From Cytophagaceae bacterium UBA7467 (lineage in GTDB: Bacteria > Bacteroidota > Bacteroidia > Cytophagales > Spirosomataceae), in the NCBI GenBank assembly GCA_002479785.1, contig DLPD01000013.1:16726-80725 (forward strand): 64,000 nucleotides of DNA, read 5' to 3'. The translations under genes were made by a program, and so were the position numbers. The notes under the pieces are model-generated. The model saw only the letters and a list, made by a program, of their open reading frames with translations. It searched no databases and had not been told where the DNA came from. Below are positions 10,824 through 20,288 of this stretch, piece after piece. How positions within the stretch are numbered: position 1 is the first letter of the stretch; every line of letters starts with the position of its first letter.

Positions 10824-11252
10824 TTATGAAATCGATACTAATTCTAGTTCAAATGTTAAATCACGACCAGCTAATGGGTGATTCGCATCTAATGTTACGT
10901 GAGAGTCTGTTAAATCAGTGATCACTACTTCTACCACATGACCACCATCTTGGTGCATAGATAATGAAGCACCTAATTCTAATTCGATGTGAGGAGGGAT
11001 TTGAGCGCGCTCTAAGGTAACGGTATTTTCTGGAGAATGTTCGCCATAAGCCTCAGCAGCTGGTATAACAACGGTTTTTTTCTCTCCAATGGTCATACCC
11101 GTCACGCCATCATCAAAACCTTTGATGACCATACCTGAACCTAATTGGAATTCAAGGGGAGTTCTTCCTACAGATGAGTCAAAAATAGAACCGTCGGTAT
11201 GTTTACCTGTGTAGTGTACGGCAACCTTGTCGCCGGTTTTTGCAATAGACAT
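10824..11252 (-). CDS. FKBP-type peptidyl-prolyl cis-trans isomerase (short SlyD-like)
   Basis: VAVHYTG, FDSS, MVIKGFDDG, AYGE, LDANHPLAGRDLTF. Confidence 0.9.
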   Translation of the reverse strand: MSIAKTGDKVAVHYTGKHTDGSIFDSSVGRTPLEFQLGSGMVIKGFDDGVTGMTIGEKKTVVIPAAEAYGEHSPENTVTLERAQIPPHIELELGASLSMHQDGGHVVEVVITDLTDSHVTLDANHPLAGRDLTFELELVSIS

Positions 11253-11325
11253 AATGTATCGTTAAAATTTAAAAATAAGCTACAAATAACACGATTTTTC
11301 GCAGGCTTTCAAAGCAAAAACTGCT

Positions 11326-11414
11326 ACCATTCACAACATTCAACATTCACCATCATCTCTACTCTCTACTCTATAATCTATAATCTCCTTTATTCTTTAT
11401 GCTTTATTCTTTAC
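11326..11414. repeat. Degenerate heptamer tandem repeat array
   Basis: aacattc x2, ctactct x2, ataatct x2, then cctttat/tctttat/gctttat/tctttac; 7-nt periodicity. Confidence 0.7.
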
Positions 11415-11895
11415 ACAAAGAAGTTTGATATTTCAACGAAAGCGTATCCCCCAGCTCTATTGCCGTCTTAAAATCTAAACAGGCATCTTCGATTAAACCT
11501 AAATGCATCAAATTTATTCCCCTGTTATAATAGGTTTCAGCATAATAGGGATAGCGAATAATCGATTTAGAGAAATCCCGAATGGCCCCTTTATCGTTTC
11601 CGAGTTTGGATTTGAAATAGCCCCGGTAGAAATAGTAATCTGCATTGGTGGAATCTAGTCGAATGGCTTTGGTTAAGTCAGAAATGGCACCTGAATATTC
11701 CTCCATCGATCCTCGAGAGAAAGCTCTTGCGAAGTAAATTTCGGGGTTTTTGGGGTCTTTTGTTAAAGCCACCGAAAAATTATACGTTGCTTCCTTGTAT
11801 TTTTCTTGCTGAATTTGGCTTAATCCAGCGGCATATTGCAACATACAGCTGCTCAAGAAAAAGAGGGCAATAAGGGAGGAAAATAAACGGATCAT
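11404..11895 (-). CDS. TPR-repeat lipoprotein
   Basis: Lipobox LSSC; repeats YFARA/YFYRG/YYNRG; terminal ACLDFKTAIELG. Confidence 0.85.
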   Translation of the reverse strand: MIRLFSSLIALFFLSSCMLQYAAGLSQIQQEKYKEATYNFSVALTKDPKNPEIYFARAFSRGSMEEYSGAISDLTKAIRLDSTNADYYFYRGYFKSKLGNDKGAIRDFSKSIIRYPYYAETYYNRGINLMHLGLIEDACLDFKTAIELGDTLSLKYQTSLCKE

Positions 11896-14333
11896 TTAAA
11901 AGTAACGATGGTGATTCCCGCACCGCCACGGTCTGCATGTTCGTCAGTTATGTTTTTAATTTCTCGGTATCGACGTAATTGTTCACGAATCAGGCTTCGA
12001 AGAATTCCGTCGCCTTTTCCATGTAAAATTTGAACTTCTGGAACGCCTAACAAGAGACAATCGTTGATATATTGGTCTAAAATAACATAAACTTCCTCGC
12101 CACGCTTCCCTCTAATATCCAGTTTGAGCTGAAATTGAGCCATGCGATCATTGATGTCGATTCCGCGAAGTGGAGCTGTACTTTTCTTGGGTTGTTTAGG
12201 CGGGACGATTTTTTGGAGGCGATTCAATTTGATTGTACTGCGAATGGCTCCTAAAGAAATGACCGCGTCTTTCCCTTTAAGTTCCATGATTTGTCCCAAA
12301 GTAGGTTCCTCGCCACTCCCTTTGATCACCACCCAATCGCCCAAAGCGATAGGGGAGTTAGCGTAAACAATTCCGGGAGTTTCTGAAACAACCTTCAAAG
12401 GAGCTTCGGTTTTTAATTCTTTCTGTACAAATTTATCTAGATTAGCGCGTAACTCTTTCGTCTTTTCCTTGTCAGCCTCTTTCTCACGAATCTGTCTGAT
12501 GGTTTGTTCGATGCGTTGATTTGCCTCTTGAATGATTTTTTTTGCTTCTGCTTTCGCCGCGTTTAACATCGCCTTCTGCTCTTCTTGCAAGTGATTCTTC
12601 AGGCGCTCATAGTTTTCCTTAATCGATTGGGCTTGCTCATTAGCGAGAGCTAAACTTGCATTTTTACTCTCCCAAATCTGCTTCTCCGTCTCTGTTTCAA
12701 GCAATAACTTGTCAAAATCCACCTGTTTTTTGCCTAGTTTCTTGCGTGCATTTTCAATGATGGCTTTAGGTAATCCAATTTTCTGGGCAATTTCAAAGGC
12801 AAAAGAGCTTCCCGGTTTTCCCATATCCAAAATAAATTGGGGTTCTAAGTGCTCGGTATCGTAGCGCATCGCGGCATTGAATAGGCCTTTTTGGCGATCT
12901 GCTAAGCTTTTTAAGTTACCAAAGTGCGTGTTTATCGCTCCATAGCACCCTTTATCAGCTAGTTTCTCTAAGATGGATTCTGCGATTGCTCCTCCTAAAG
13001 AGGGCTCAGTCCCGGTGCCAAATTCATCTACAAGAATCAAGGTCTTTTCGTTCACATGCTGTAAGAAATACCGCATATTACTTAAATGGGAGGAATAGGT
13101 ACTTAATTCGTTTTCTAAATTTTGTTCATCTCCCATATCTAAGAAGAGTTGGGAGAAGAAGCCCATGGTGCTGCCTTCTGCTAAGGGTACTAAACAGCCA
13201 GATTGAAATAAGAATTGCAATAAGCCAACAGTACTCAGCGTTACGGATTTACCACCTGCATTTGGACCCGAAACGACCATTATTCTTCGATCGTCTTCTA
13301 ATCGAATGCTTAGGGGTTTAATCTTTTTTCCAATTTTTTCGAGCGATTTCTCCAATAAGGGATGGCGCGCATCGGTCCAATTGACAATCGGTTTATCTTG
13401 GATAAACGTCGGTTTTATGGCTTGGTGAGCGCTTGCCCAAAGGGCTTTGGCCCGAATAAAATCAATCAAACCTAGCCAGGAAAAGGCATGCCCTAAAAAA
13501 GGCGTTAAAGGTCGAATGCGATCTGATAGTTTCGATAAAATTTGGATGATTTCGCGACGTTCTGCTGACTCTAAAGACTTAATTTCATTATTCATCGCTA
13601 GCGCATCCGCGGGCTCTAAAAAAACCGTTTTCCCCGTATCTGATTCATCCTGAACGAAACCTTTAATCTTCCTTTTGTGCTCAGTCGCTAAAGGAATCAC
13701 CATTCGGCCATTGCGTAAGGTCAAAGAAAAATCCTTGCTCACCCAACCTTCTTTGTAGGCCTGGCTTAAATACGAATCGAGTTTTTTTCGTAAACCTTGC
13801 TCCTCTGCTATCCGTTTGCGTCGTAAATCACCTAAAGCAGGGGAGGCTGTTTCCTTGATTTGACCATTTACATCAAATATGCGATCTAAATCTTGAATGA
13901 TTGGAATGATTTGCCTGAAATCACCATCGCTTTCAGCTCCTTTAGCCAGAAAATGCTGGGTGATTTTATGTATTTCAGGGTATTCCGAAGAGTCAATTGC
14001 CGCAAAAAAGCGGATGGTTTCATACAAAACCGTTAATGCCCTTTGCCAATCTCTCCATTCATCTGCTGATAGATAATGGCCTTCCAGCTGCAGTGGATTT
14101 AGATAAGAACGTAAATCGTAGTAATCTGTCTGGGGAAATTCGCCGCCATGTTCACCTAAAACACGGCTCATTTCATCGACTTGTTCCACCCATTGTTTGA
14201 CCAAAGGGAACCGGTCCGAAAACCGCATTTTATCGGCATATTCCAGTCCCATCTGACTTAAACAAAGTTGCTTAATTTCCTCTTTTACCTGGCTGAAGCC
14301 CAGTTTTTCGGCAAGATTTACAGGGTAATTCAT
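11892..14333 (-). CDS. mutS2: MutS2 ATPase with C-terminal Smr domain
   Basis: Walker A SGPNAGGKS, LSTYSSH, LVDEFGTGTEP, GKPGSSFAFEIA, coiled coil, Smr LDIRG...ILHGKGDGILR. Confidence 0.92.
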   Translation of the reverse strand: MNYPVNLAEKLGFSQVKEEIKQLCLSQMGLEYADKMRFSDRFPLVKQWVEQVDEMSRVLGEHGGEFPQTDYYDLRSYLNPLQLEGHYLSADEWRDWQRALTVLYETIRFFAAIDSSEYPEIHKITQHFLAKGAESDGDFRQIIPIIQDLDRIFDVNGQIKETASPALGDLRRKRIAEEQGLRKKLDSYLSQAYKEGWVSKDFSLTLRNGRMVIPLATEHKRKIKGFVQDESDTGKTVFLEPADALAMNNEIKSLESAERREIIQILSKLSDRIRPLTPFLGHAFSWLGLIDFIRAKALWASAHQAIKPTFIQDKPIVNWTDARHPLLEKSLEKIGKKIKPLSIRLEDDRRIMVVSGPNAGGKSVTLSTVGLLQFLFQSGCLVPLAEGSTMGFFSQLFLDMGDEQNLENELSTYSSHLSNMRYFLQHVNEKTLILVDEFGTGTEPSLGGAIAESILEKLADKGCYGAINTHFGNLKSLADRQKGLFNAAMRYDTEHLEPQFILDMGKPGSSFAFEIAQKIGLPKAIIENARKKLGKKQVDFDKLLLETETEKQIWESKNASLALANEQAQSIKENYERLKNHLQEEQKAMLNAAKAEAKKIIQEANQRIEQTIRQIREKEADKEKTKELRANLDKFVQKELKTEAPLKVVSETPGIVYANSPIALGDWVVIKGSGEEPTLGQIMELKGKDAVISLGAIRSTIKLNRLQKIVPPKQPKKSTAPLRGIDINDRMAQFQLKLDIRGKRGEEVYVILDQYINDCLLLGVPEVQILHGKGDGILRSLIREQLRRYREIKNITDEHADRGGAGITIVTFK

Positions 14334-15250
14334 AGAGAAAAGTGTGCCTTTATTTTATCGAGCAAAACCTCGTTGATTTTATAATAACTTTCTGTCGTCC
14401 AACCCGCTACGTGTGGACTGAAAATAGTCGCCGGATAAGCAGCTATTTCGGCGAAAAGCGCTTTTTCAACCGGTGACCAAGTAGTCAATTTTTCATTCGG
14501 TAGCACATCCAAGGCCAAGCCCCTGATTTTGCCTGTGCGTAAACCATATAACAAAGGTTCCAGTGGAGCTATCGGCCCACGGGAACTATTGATCAAAATA
14601 ATGGGCTTCCTGAATGAGTTTAAAAACTCCATGGAAACTAATCCGCGTGTCTCGGATGTCAAAGGAATGTGTAAACTCAACAGGTCAGCTTGTTCGTAAA
14701 TCTGCTCCATCGTAGCTGGGAAATCGGCTGAAGGAGCGTATTTATCATAGGCTAAAATGCTCATACCGAAACAAGAAAGGCGTGAAGCAACCGCTTTACC
14801 CATGTTACCGTAACCGATTATCCCCAAGGTCTTACCTTTCAGTTCAAATCCTCTATTACCTTCCCGTTCCCACAAACCTTGACGAACTTCGGTATCAGAA
14901 GTATGGAGTTTGTGTGCTAGGGATAATAATTGACCGATAACATGTTCTGCCACTGCATCTGAATTACCCTCATTAGCGGAAAAAACCGCGATTCCCCGAG
15001 ATAGGCAGGCATCTACATCTACTAAGTCGAGTCCTGCGCCTGCTCGCGCGATGAAAGTCAAAGAGGTGTCTTTCAGTATTTCAGCTGTGATTTTAAATTT
15101 GCTTCGAACGACTAAACCCCCATATGTAGGTAAAACCGATGTGAATTCAGCGAGAGTTAAATCGGTACGCGTTTCCACCACGAATCCCAGATTCGTTAGC
15201 CCTTCTGCCATGGAAGGATGAACCTCGTCGACGATTAACACTTTACGCAT
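14330..15250 (-). CDS. D-isomer-specific 2-hydroxyacid dehydrogenase (SerA-like, no ACT domain)
   Basis: ARAGAGLD, GIIGYGNMG, NSSRG, LDVLPNE, SPHVAG. Confidence 0.85.
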   Translation of the reverse strand: MRKVLIVDEVHPSMAEGLTNLGFVVETRTDLTLAEFTSVLPTYGGLVVRSKFKITAEILKDTSLTFIARAGAGLDLVDVDACLSRGIAVFSANEGNSDAVAEHVIGQLLSLAHKLHTSDTEVRQGLWEREGNRGFELKGKTLGIIGYGNMGKAVASRLSCFGMSILAYDKYAPSADFPATMEQIYEQADLLSLHIPLTSETRGLVSMEFLNSFRKPIILINSSRGPIAPLEPLLYGLRTGKIRGLALDVLPNEKLTTWSPVEKALFAEIAAYPATIFSPHVAGWTTESYYKINEVLLDKIKAHFSL

Positions 15251-16241
15251 TCATTCGGTTTTTTACGAGATCTAAAGCTAAAAATAAAGCCTGAAGGAAT
15301 GAACCTGGGTCAGCTACATTTTGACCCGCAATATCATATGCTGTACCATGATCTGGTGAAGTACGAATAACGGGTAAGCCTGCAGTAAAGTTTACACCAG
15401 AGTCAAAGGCGATGTATTTGAAAGGAATTAATCCTTGGTCATGGTACATCCCTAAAACGCCATCAAATTCCTTGAATTGCGCTTTTCCGAAGAATCCATC
15501 CGCTGGGTAAGGACCAAAAACCAAGTTTCCTTTCGACCTAAATTCATCTACAACGGGTTGAATAATTTCCAATTCCTCTTGACCTAATAGTCCTGCCTCT
15601 CCTGCGTGTGGATTTAAACCTAATACGGCTAATCGAGGTTTGTCTACAGAGAAATCCTCCTTTAAACTCTTTAAGAATAAAGTGATTTTTGTACGAAGTA
15701 AATCGGCGTTTAAGGCCTTAGAAACCTCTAATAGAGGAATATGGCCCGTTGCTACGCCCATTCTAAAACCATCAGAAACCATCATCATTAGAGACGATTT
15801 AGCTTCGAAACGATCGGTTAAATATTCCGTATGACCCGGGAATGTAAAGTCTTCAGATTGGATATTGTGTTTATTGATAGGAGCCGTAACCAGTGCAGAA
15901 ATCAATCCACGATCTAAGTCATTTGCGGCTTTTTCTAAACAATCAAAGGCTGCTTTTCCCGCTTCTTTCGTTTCTTTTCCTGGTTCTACTACCGTCGATG
16001 TGTCGTCCCAACAGTTGATGACAAAGCTTTCACCCGATTTTGCCTCGGATGCTTCTTTAATTACCGCGATGGACCATTCCTTTAATTCGAATTTTTGGCG
16101 GTAAAAATCCAATACCTTGGCAGAACCGTAAATCACAGGTGTACACCACTTTAGCAAGCGTGGGCTGGCTAAGGATTTCAAGATTACTTCGGGTCCGATT
16201 CCGTTGTAATCTCCTAACGTGATACCGATGATGGGTTTCAT
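15243..16241 (-). CDS. pdxA: 4-hydroxythreonine-4-phosphate dehydrogenase
   Basis: GDYNGIGPE, TAPINK, GHTEYL, GLNPHAGE, MYHDQG, RTSPDHGTAYDIAG; ATG at 16241. Confidence 0.95.
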   Translation of the reverse strand: MKPIIGITLGDYNGIGPEVILKSLASPRLLKWCTPVIYGSAKVLDFYRQKFELKEWSIAVIKEASEAKSGESFVINCWDDTSTVVEPGKETKEAGKAAFDCLEKAANDLDRGLISALVTAPINKHNIQSEDFTFPGHTEYLTDRFEAKSSLMMMVSDGFRMGVATGHIPLLEVSKALNADLLRTKITLFLKSLKEDFSVDKPRLAVLGLNPHAGEAGLLGQEELEIIQPVVDEFRSKGNLVFGPYPADGFFGKAQFKEFDGVLGMYHDQGLIPFKYIAFDSGVNFTAGLPVIRTSPDHGTAYDIAGQNVADPGSFLQALFLALDLVKNRMNA

Positions 16242-16427
16242 AAAAAGCAATTTTTTGTTCGACCTGCAAGTTAAGAAAAATCGCTAGAAGGCGGTAGAAT
16301 TATTTTTCTTGGTAACGAACCTAATAAATATAGTATTTTTTTAAGTTTTACCAAATAAAATGCGGTATTTGATGCGAATTTCACAATATATTTAGCATTT
16401 TTGTTAGAATCTCCTATTAAACTGATT

Positions 16428-19400
16428 ATGCCAAAATCATACGTCAAAAAAATCTCCAGTTTATTAATTGCTAATCGTGGCGAGATCGCTATTCGAATCA
16501 TGCGCGCTGCATCCGAATTAGGAATTCGCACCGTTGCTGTTTACACGTTCGAAGATCGCTACTCTCTGCACCGTTACAAGGCGGACGAAGCTTACCAAAT
16601 CGGGAAAGACGACGAACCTTTAAAGCCCTATCTGGATATTGAAGGTTTGATTTCTTTATGTAAATCGAAGAAAATCGATGCTATCCACCCAGGATATGGT
16701 TTCTTGTCTGAAAACGTGGTTTTAGCGACTCGTTGCAGAGAAGAGGGAATCGTTTTTGTGGGCCCTTCACCGGAAGCAATGAATGCCTTGGGAGATAAGG
16801 TAGCTGCGAAAGTGGCTGCTTTGAAGGCCAATGTGCCCATGATTGAGGATTCAAAAGGGGATTTATCGGATTATTCATTGGCCCTATCAGAAGCAAGACG
16901 TATTAAATTTCCTGTGATGGTGAAAGCGGCTGCCGGAGGTGGTGGTCGAGGAATGCGCGTGGTGAGAACGGAAGAGGAATTAGAAAAGGCCTATCAAGAG
17001 GCGAAGAATGAAGCGAAAAACGCTTTTGGAGATGAAACCTTGTTTATCGAAAAATTCATTGACGACCCTAAGCACATCGAAGTTCAATTATTAGGAGATC
17101 AGCACGGAAATTTAGTGCATTTGTATGAGCGCGATTGTTCGGTGCAAAGACGTTTCCAGAAAGTGGTTGAAATTGCTCCTTCTTTCGGATTAAAGGAGGA
17201 AACCAAGCAAAAATTATATGCTTACGCGCTTTCTATAGGTAAAGCAGTGAATTATTACAACGCGGGAACCGTGGAGTTTTTGGTCGATAAAGATGAAAAT
17301 ATCTACTTTATTGAAGTTAATCCGCGGATCCAAGTAGAACATACTATTACGGAGGAGGTGACAGGGATCGATATTGTCCGCACTCAGATCCTAATTGCAC
17401 AAAATTACAAGTTGTCGGATCCCGGTATTTTCATTCAAAACCAAGCGGAAATCCCGTTAAAAGGCTTTGCGATTCAATGCCGTATTACAACGGAAGACCC
17501 AGCGAATGGATTTAAGCCGGATTTTGGTACCATTATCGCCTACAGAAATGCCGCCGGTTTTGGTATCCGTTTGGACGAAGGTTCCTCCTATCCAGGGGTG
17601 AAAATTTCGCCGTATTTCGATTCGATGTTAGTGAAGGTGTCTGCTAAAGGCCGCACCCTCCGCGGTGCGTCCGAGCGCTTGAACCGCGCGCTGACTGAAT
17701 TCCGAATCCGTGGTGTAAAAACCAATATCCCGTTCTTACGCAACGTAATCACGCACCCTGTCTTCCAAGAAGGCCATTGTACGGTTCCATTTATTGCGAA
17801 TCACCCGGAATTATTTAACTTCAAACCTACCCGTGATCGCTCTACGAAGGCGATTCGCTACCTAGGAGAAGTCATCGTTAACGGAAATCCGGATGTAAAA
17901 GTGAAGCCAACGGCTCCCTTCCGCACTCCGATCATCCCTTACGTGGATCCGATGGCTGAATATCCGAAAGGCAACAAGCAGTTATTAACTGAAATGGGTC
18001 CAGAAAAATTTGCGAAGCACATCCGTGATGCGAAGCAAATTTATTTTACGGATACAACCTTCAGGGACGGACATCAATCGCTTTTAGCGACTCGTGTTCG
18101 TACCCAAGATATGCTAGCCGTTGCGGACGGTTTTGCAAAATCCTTCCCTCAATTGTTCTCTATGGAGGTTTGGGGAGGGGCCACGTTTGATGTGGCGATG
18201 CGTTTCTTACAAGAATCTCCTTGGAAACGCTTGCAGGAGTTTCGCGAGGCAATGCCTAACATGCTGTTGCAAATGCTTTTCCGCGGTTCAAACGCGGTGG
18301 GATATTCCGCTTACCCAGATAATTTGATCGAAAAATTCGTAGAAAAATCCTCCGAAGCAGGAGTCGATGTATTCCGAATTTTTGATTCCTTGAACTGGAT
18401 CGATGCGATGAAAGTATCGATCAAAGCGGTTCGGGAACGCACTCCGGGCCTTGCTGAGGCATCTATTTGCTATACGGGTGACGTCTTCACGAACGAGAAA
18501 TACAATCTGCAATACTACGTGGATATGGCACGTCAGCTGGAAGATGCCGGCGCTCACCTGTTGTGTATAAAAGATATGGCAGGACTTTTACGCCCTTTTC
18601 AAGCGGAGAAATTAGTTGCCGAATTAAAGAAAGCGGTTGATTTACCGGTTCACTTGCATACCCACGATACGGCCTCTGTTCAATCAGCGACCTATTTAAA
18701 GGCCATTGAGGCTGGAGTAGATATTGTAGATGGCGCGTTAGGTGCGATGTCAGGTTTGACATCTCAGCCTAACTTGAACTCGTTAGTAGCCATGATGCAG
18801 GGTCATCCGAAAGCATCCGATTTGAATTTAGACTTACTAAACGAATACTCGAATTATTGGGAAGCAGTTCGTACGATGTATGCGCCGTTTGAATCCGAAT
18901 TAAAGGCAGGAACGGCTGAGGTATACAATAATGAGATACCGGGCGGACAATACACGAACTTACGCGGTCAAGCGATTGCCTTAGGAGTAGGCGATAAGTT
19001 TGAACAATTAAAACATAATTATTCGGAGGCAAATACACTTTTTGGCGATATCGTTAAAGTGACCCCATCCTCGAAAGTAGTAGGGGATATGGCAATCTTT
19101 ATGACAGCCAATTCCTTAACGGCGGAGGATGTATATGCCAAAGGTGCTACCTTGTCTTTCCCTGAATCGGTGAAAGACTTCTTCAAAGGTGGATTAGGTC
19201 AGCCATACCAAGGCTTCCCAAAACAGTTGCAGGAGATCATCTTAAAAGGAGAACACGCGATCGAAGGTCGTCCAAATGATCATTTAGCTCCGATTGATTT
19301 CGACGCTGATTTCAAGTCATTTACTAAGAAATTTCCAGAGGCTGAAGACGGTTTCTTCGATTACTTATCCTACAAAATGTACCCGAAAGTATACGAAGAT

Positions 19401-20288
19401 TATTACAAGAATTCGGCCTTATTTGGTGAATTATCCGCCCTTCCAACTCCGGCCTTTTTCTACGGCCTGAAACAGGATGAGGAGATTATGATTACGATTG
19501 AGCCGGGTAAAACAATAATTGTTAAGTTCTTATATATGTCTGAACCTGATGAGTCAGGTTTACGTAATGTAACATTTGAATTGAATGGCCAAGCTCGACG
19601 CATTAAGATTTTAGATAAAAACGTCAAAGTCGAACGTGCGCAACACGCGAAAGCAAAAGTAAAAGGCGACATCGGAGCACCATTGCAAGGACGATTGTCC
19701 CGTATTTTGGTGAAACCGGGCGATGAGGTGAAATTAAATGCACCACTGTATGTGATTGAGGCGATGAAGATGGAATCGATCGTTTCCGCGCCATTTGAGG
19801 GAATTGTGGGAAATGTGATATTAACCGAAGGAACGGTAGTGGAGCAAGAGGATTTGGTATTGACCTTAGAAGAAGCTAAACTGCCAGAGCCAAACGTGGA
19901 AGAATACTTATTCGTGTACGGAACTTTGCGTCGTGACTGTGGTAACGATTTACACCGCTTAATTGCCCGAAATTCAGACTACATCGGTATGGCGACTTAC
20001 CAAGGTCAAATGTACCAAGTAGCTGATTATCCGGGTATTATTCCGTCAAATGATGCGAAAGATCAAGTAATAGGTGAATTGTATTTATTGTCCAATACGA
20101 TTAAATTATTGAACGTGTTAGACGAGTATGAGGAATACAATGCCGACATGCCTGCAGAAAGCCTATTCGTCCGGGAGCAAGTGAAAGTAAGCTTGAAAGG
20201 CAAGGAAATCGAAACGTATGCGTATTTATATAATAAGAAGATCGATCCTAAAACACGCATAGCATCTGGTGATTATGTGAAAGGCTAA
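16428..20288 (+). CDS. pyc: Pyruvate carboxylase with C-terminal gamma-glutamylcyclotransferase-like domain
   Basis: BC domain (ANRGEIA, HPGYGFLSEN, RDCSVQRR), CT domain (DTTFRDGHQSL, WGGATFD, IKDMAG, HLHTH, KVTPSSK), BCCP (EAMKME, Lys at 19767), then FVYGTLR...YPG...GELY...LDEYE. Confidence 0.95.
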   Translation: MPKSYVKKISSLLIANRGEIAIRIMRAASELGIRTVAVYTFEDRYSLHRYKADEAYQIGKDDEPLKPYLDIEGLISLCKSKKIDAIHPGYGFLSENVVLATRCREEGIVFVGPSPEAMNALGDKVAAKVAALKANVPMIEDSKGDLSDYSLALSEARRIKFPVMVKAAAGGGGRGMRVVRTEEELEKAYQEAKNEAKNAFGDETLFIEKFIDDPKHIEVQLLGDQHGNLVHLYERDCSVQRRFQKVVEIAPSFGLKEETKQKLYAYALSIGKAVNYYNAGTVEFLVDKDENIYFIEVNPRIQVEHTITEEVTGIDIVRTQILIAQNYKLSDPGIFIQNQAEIPLKGFAIQCRITTEDPANGFKPDFGTIIAYRNAAGFGIRLDEGSSYPGVKISPYFDSMLVKVSAKGRTLRGASERLNRALTEFRIRGVKTNIPFLRNVITHPVFQEGHCTVPFIANHPELFNFKPTRDRSTKAIRYLGEVIVNGNPDVKVKPTAPFRTPIIPYVDPMAEYPKGNKQLLTEMGPEKFAKHIRDAKQIYFTDTTFRDGHQSLLATRVRTQDMLAVADGFAKSFPQLFSMEVWGGATFDVAMRFLQESPWKRLQEFREAMPNMLLQMLFRGSNAVGYSAYPDNLIEKFVEKSSEAGVDVFRIFDSLNWIDAMKVSIKAVRERTPGLAEASICYTGDVFTNEKYNLQYYVDMARQLEDAGAHLLCIKDMAGLLRPFQAEKLVAELKKAVDLPVHLHTHDTASVQSATYLKAIEAGVDIVDGALGAMSGLTSQPNLNSLVAMMQGHPKASDLNLDLLNEYSNYWEAVRTMYAPFESELKAGTAEVYNNEIPGGQYTNLRGQAIALGVGDKFEQLKHNYSEANTLFGDIVKVTPSSKVVGDMAIFMTANSLTAEDVYAKGATLSFPESVKDFFKGGLGQPYQGFPKQLQEIILKGEHAIEGRPNDHLAPIDFDADFKSFTKKFPEAEDGFFDYLSYKMYPKVYEDYYKNSALFGELSALPTPAFFYGLKQDEEIMITIEPGKTIIVKFLYMSEPDESGLRNVTFELNGQARRIKILDKNVKVERAQHAKAKVKGDIGAPLQGRLSRILVKPGDEVKLNAPLYVIEAMKMESIVSAPFEGIVGNVILTEGTVVEQEDLVLTLEEAKLPEPNVEEYLFVYGTLRRDCGNDLHRLIARNSDYIGMATYQGQMYQVADYPGIIPSNDAKDQVIGELYLLSNTIKLLNVLDEYEEYNADMPAESLFVREQVKVSLKGKEIETYAYLYNKKIDPKTRIASGDYVKG

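Noticed and set aside
11199-11471. 90-aa plus-strand ORF
   Set aside because: It overlaps two real minus-strand genes and translates the heptamer repeat array
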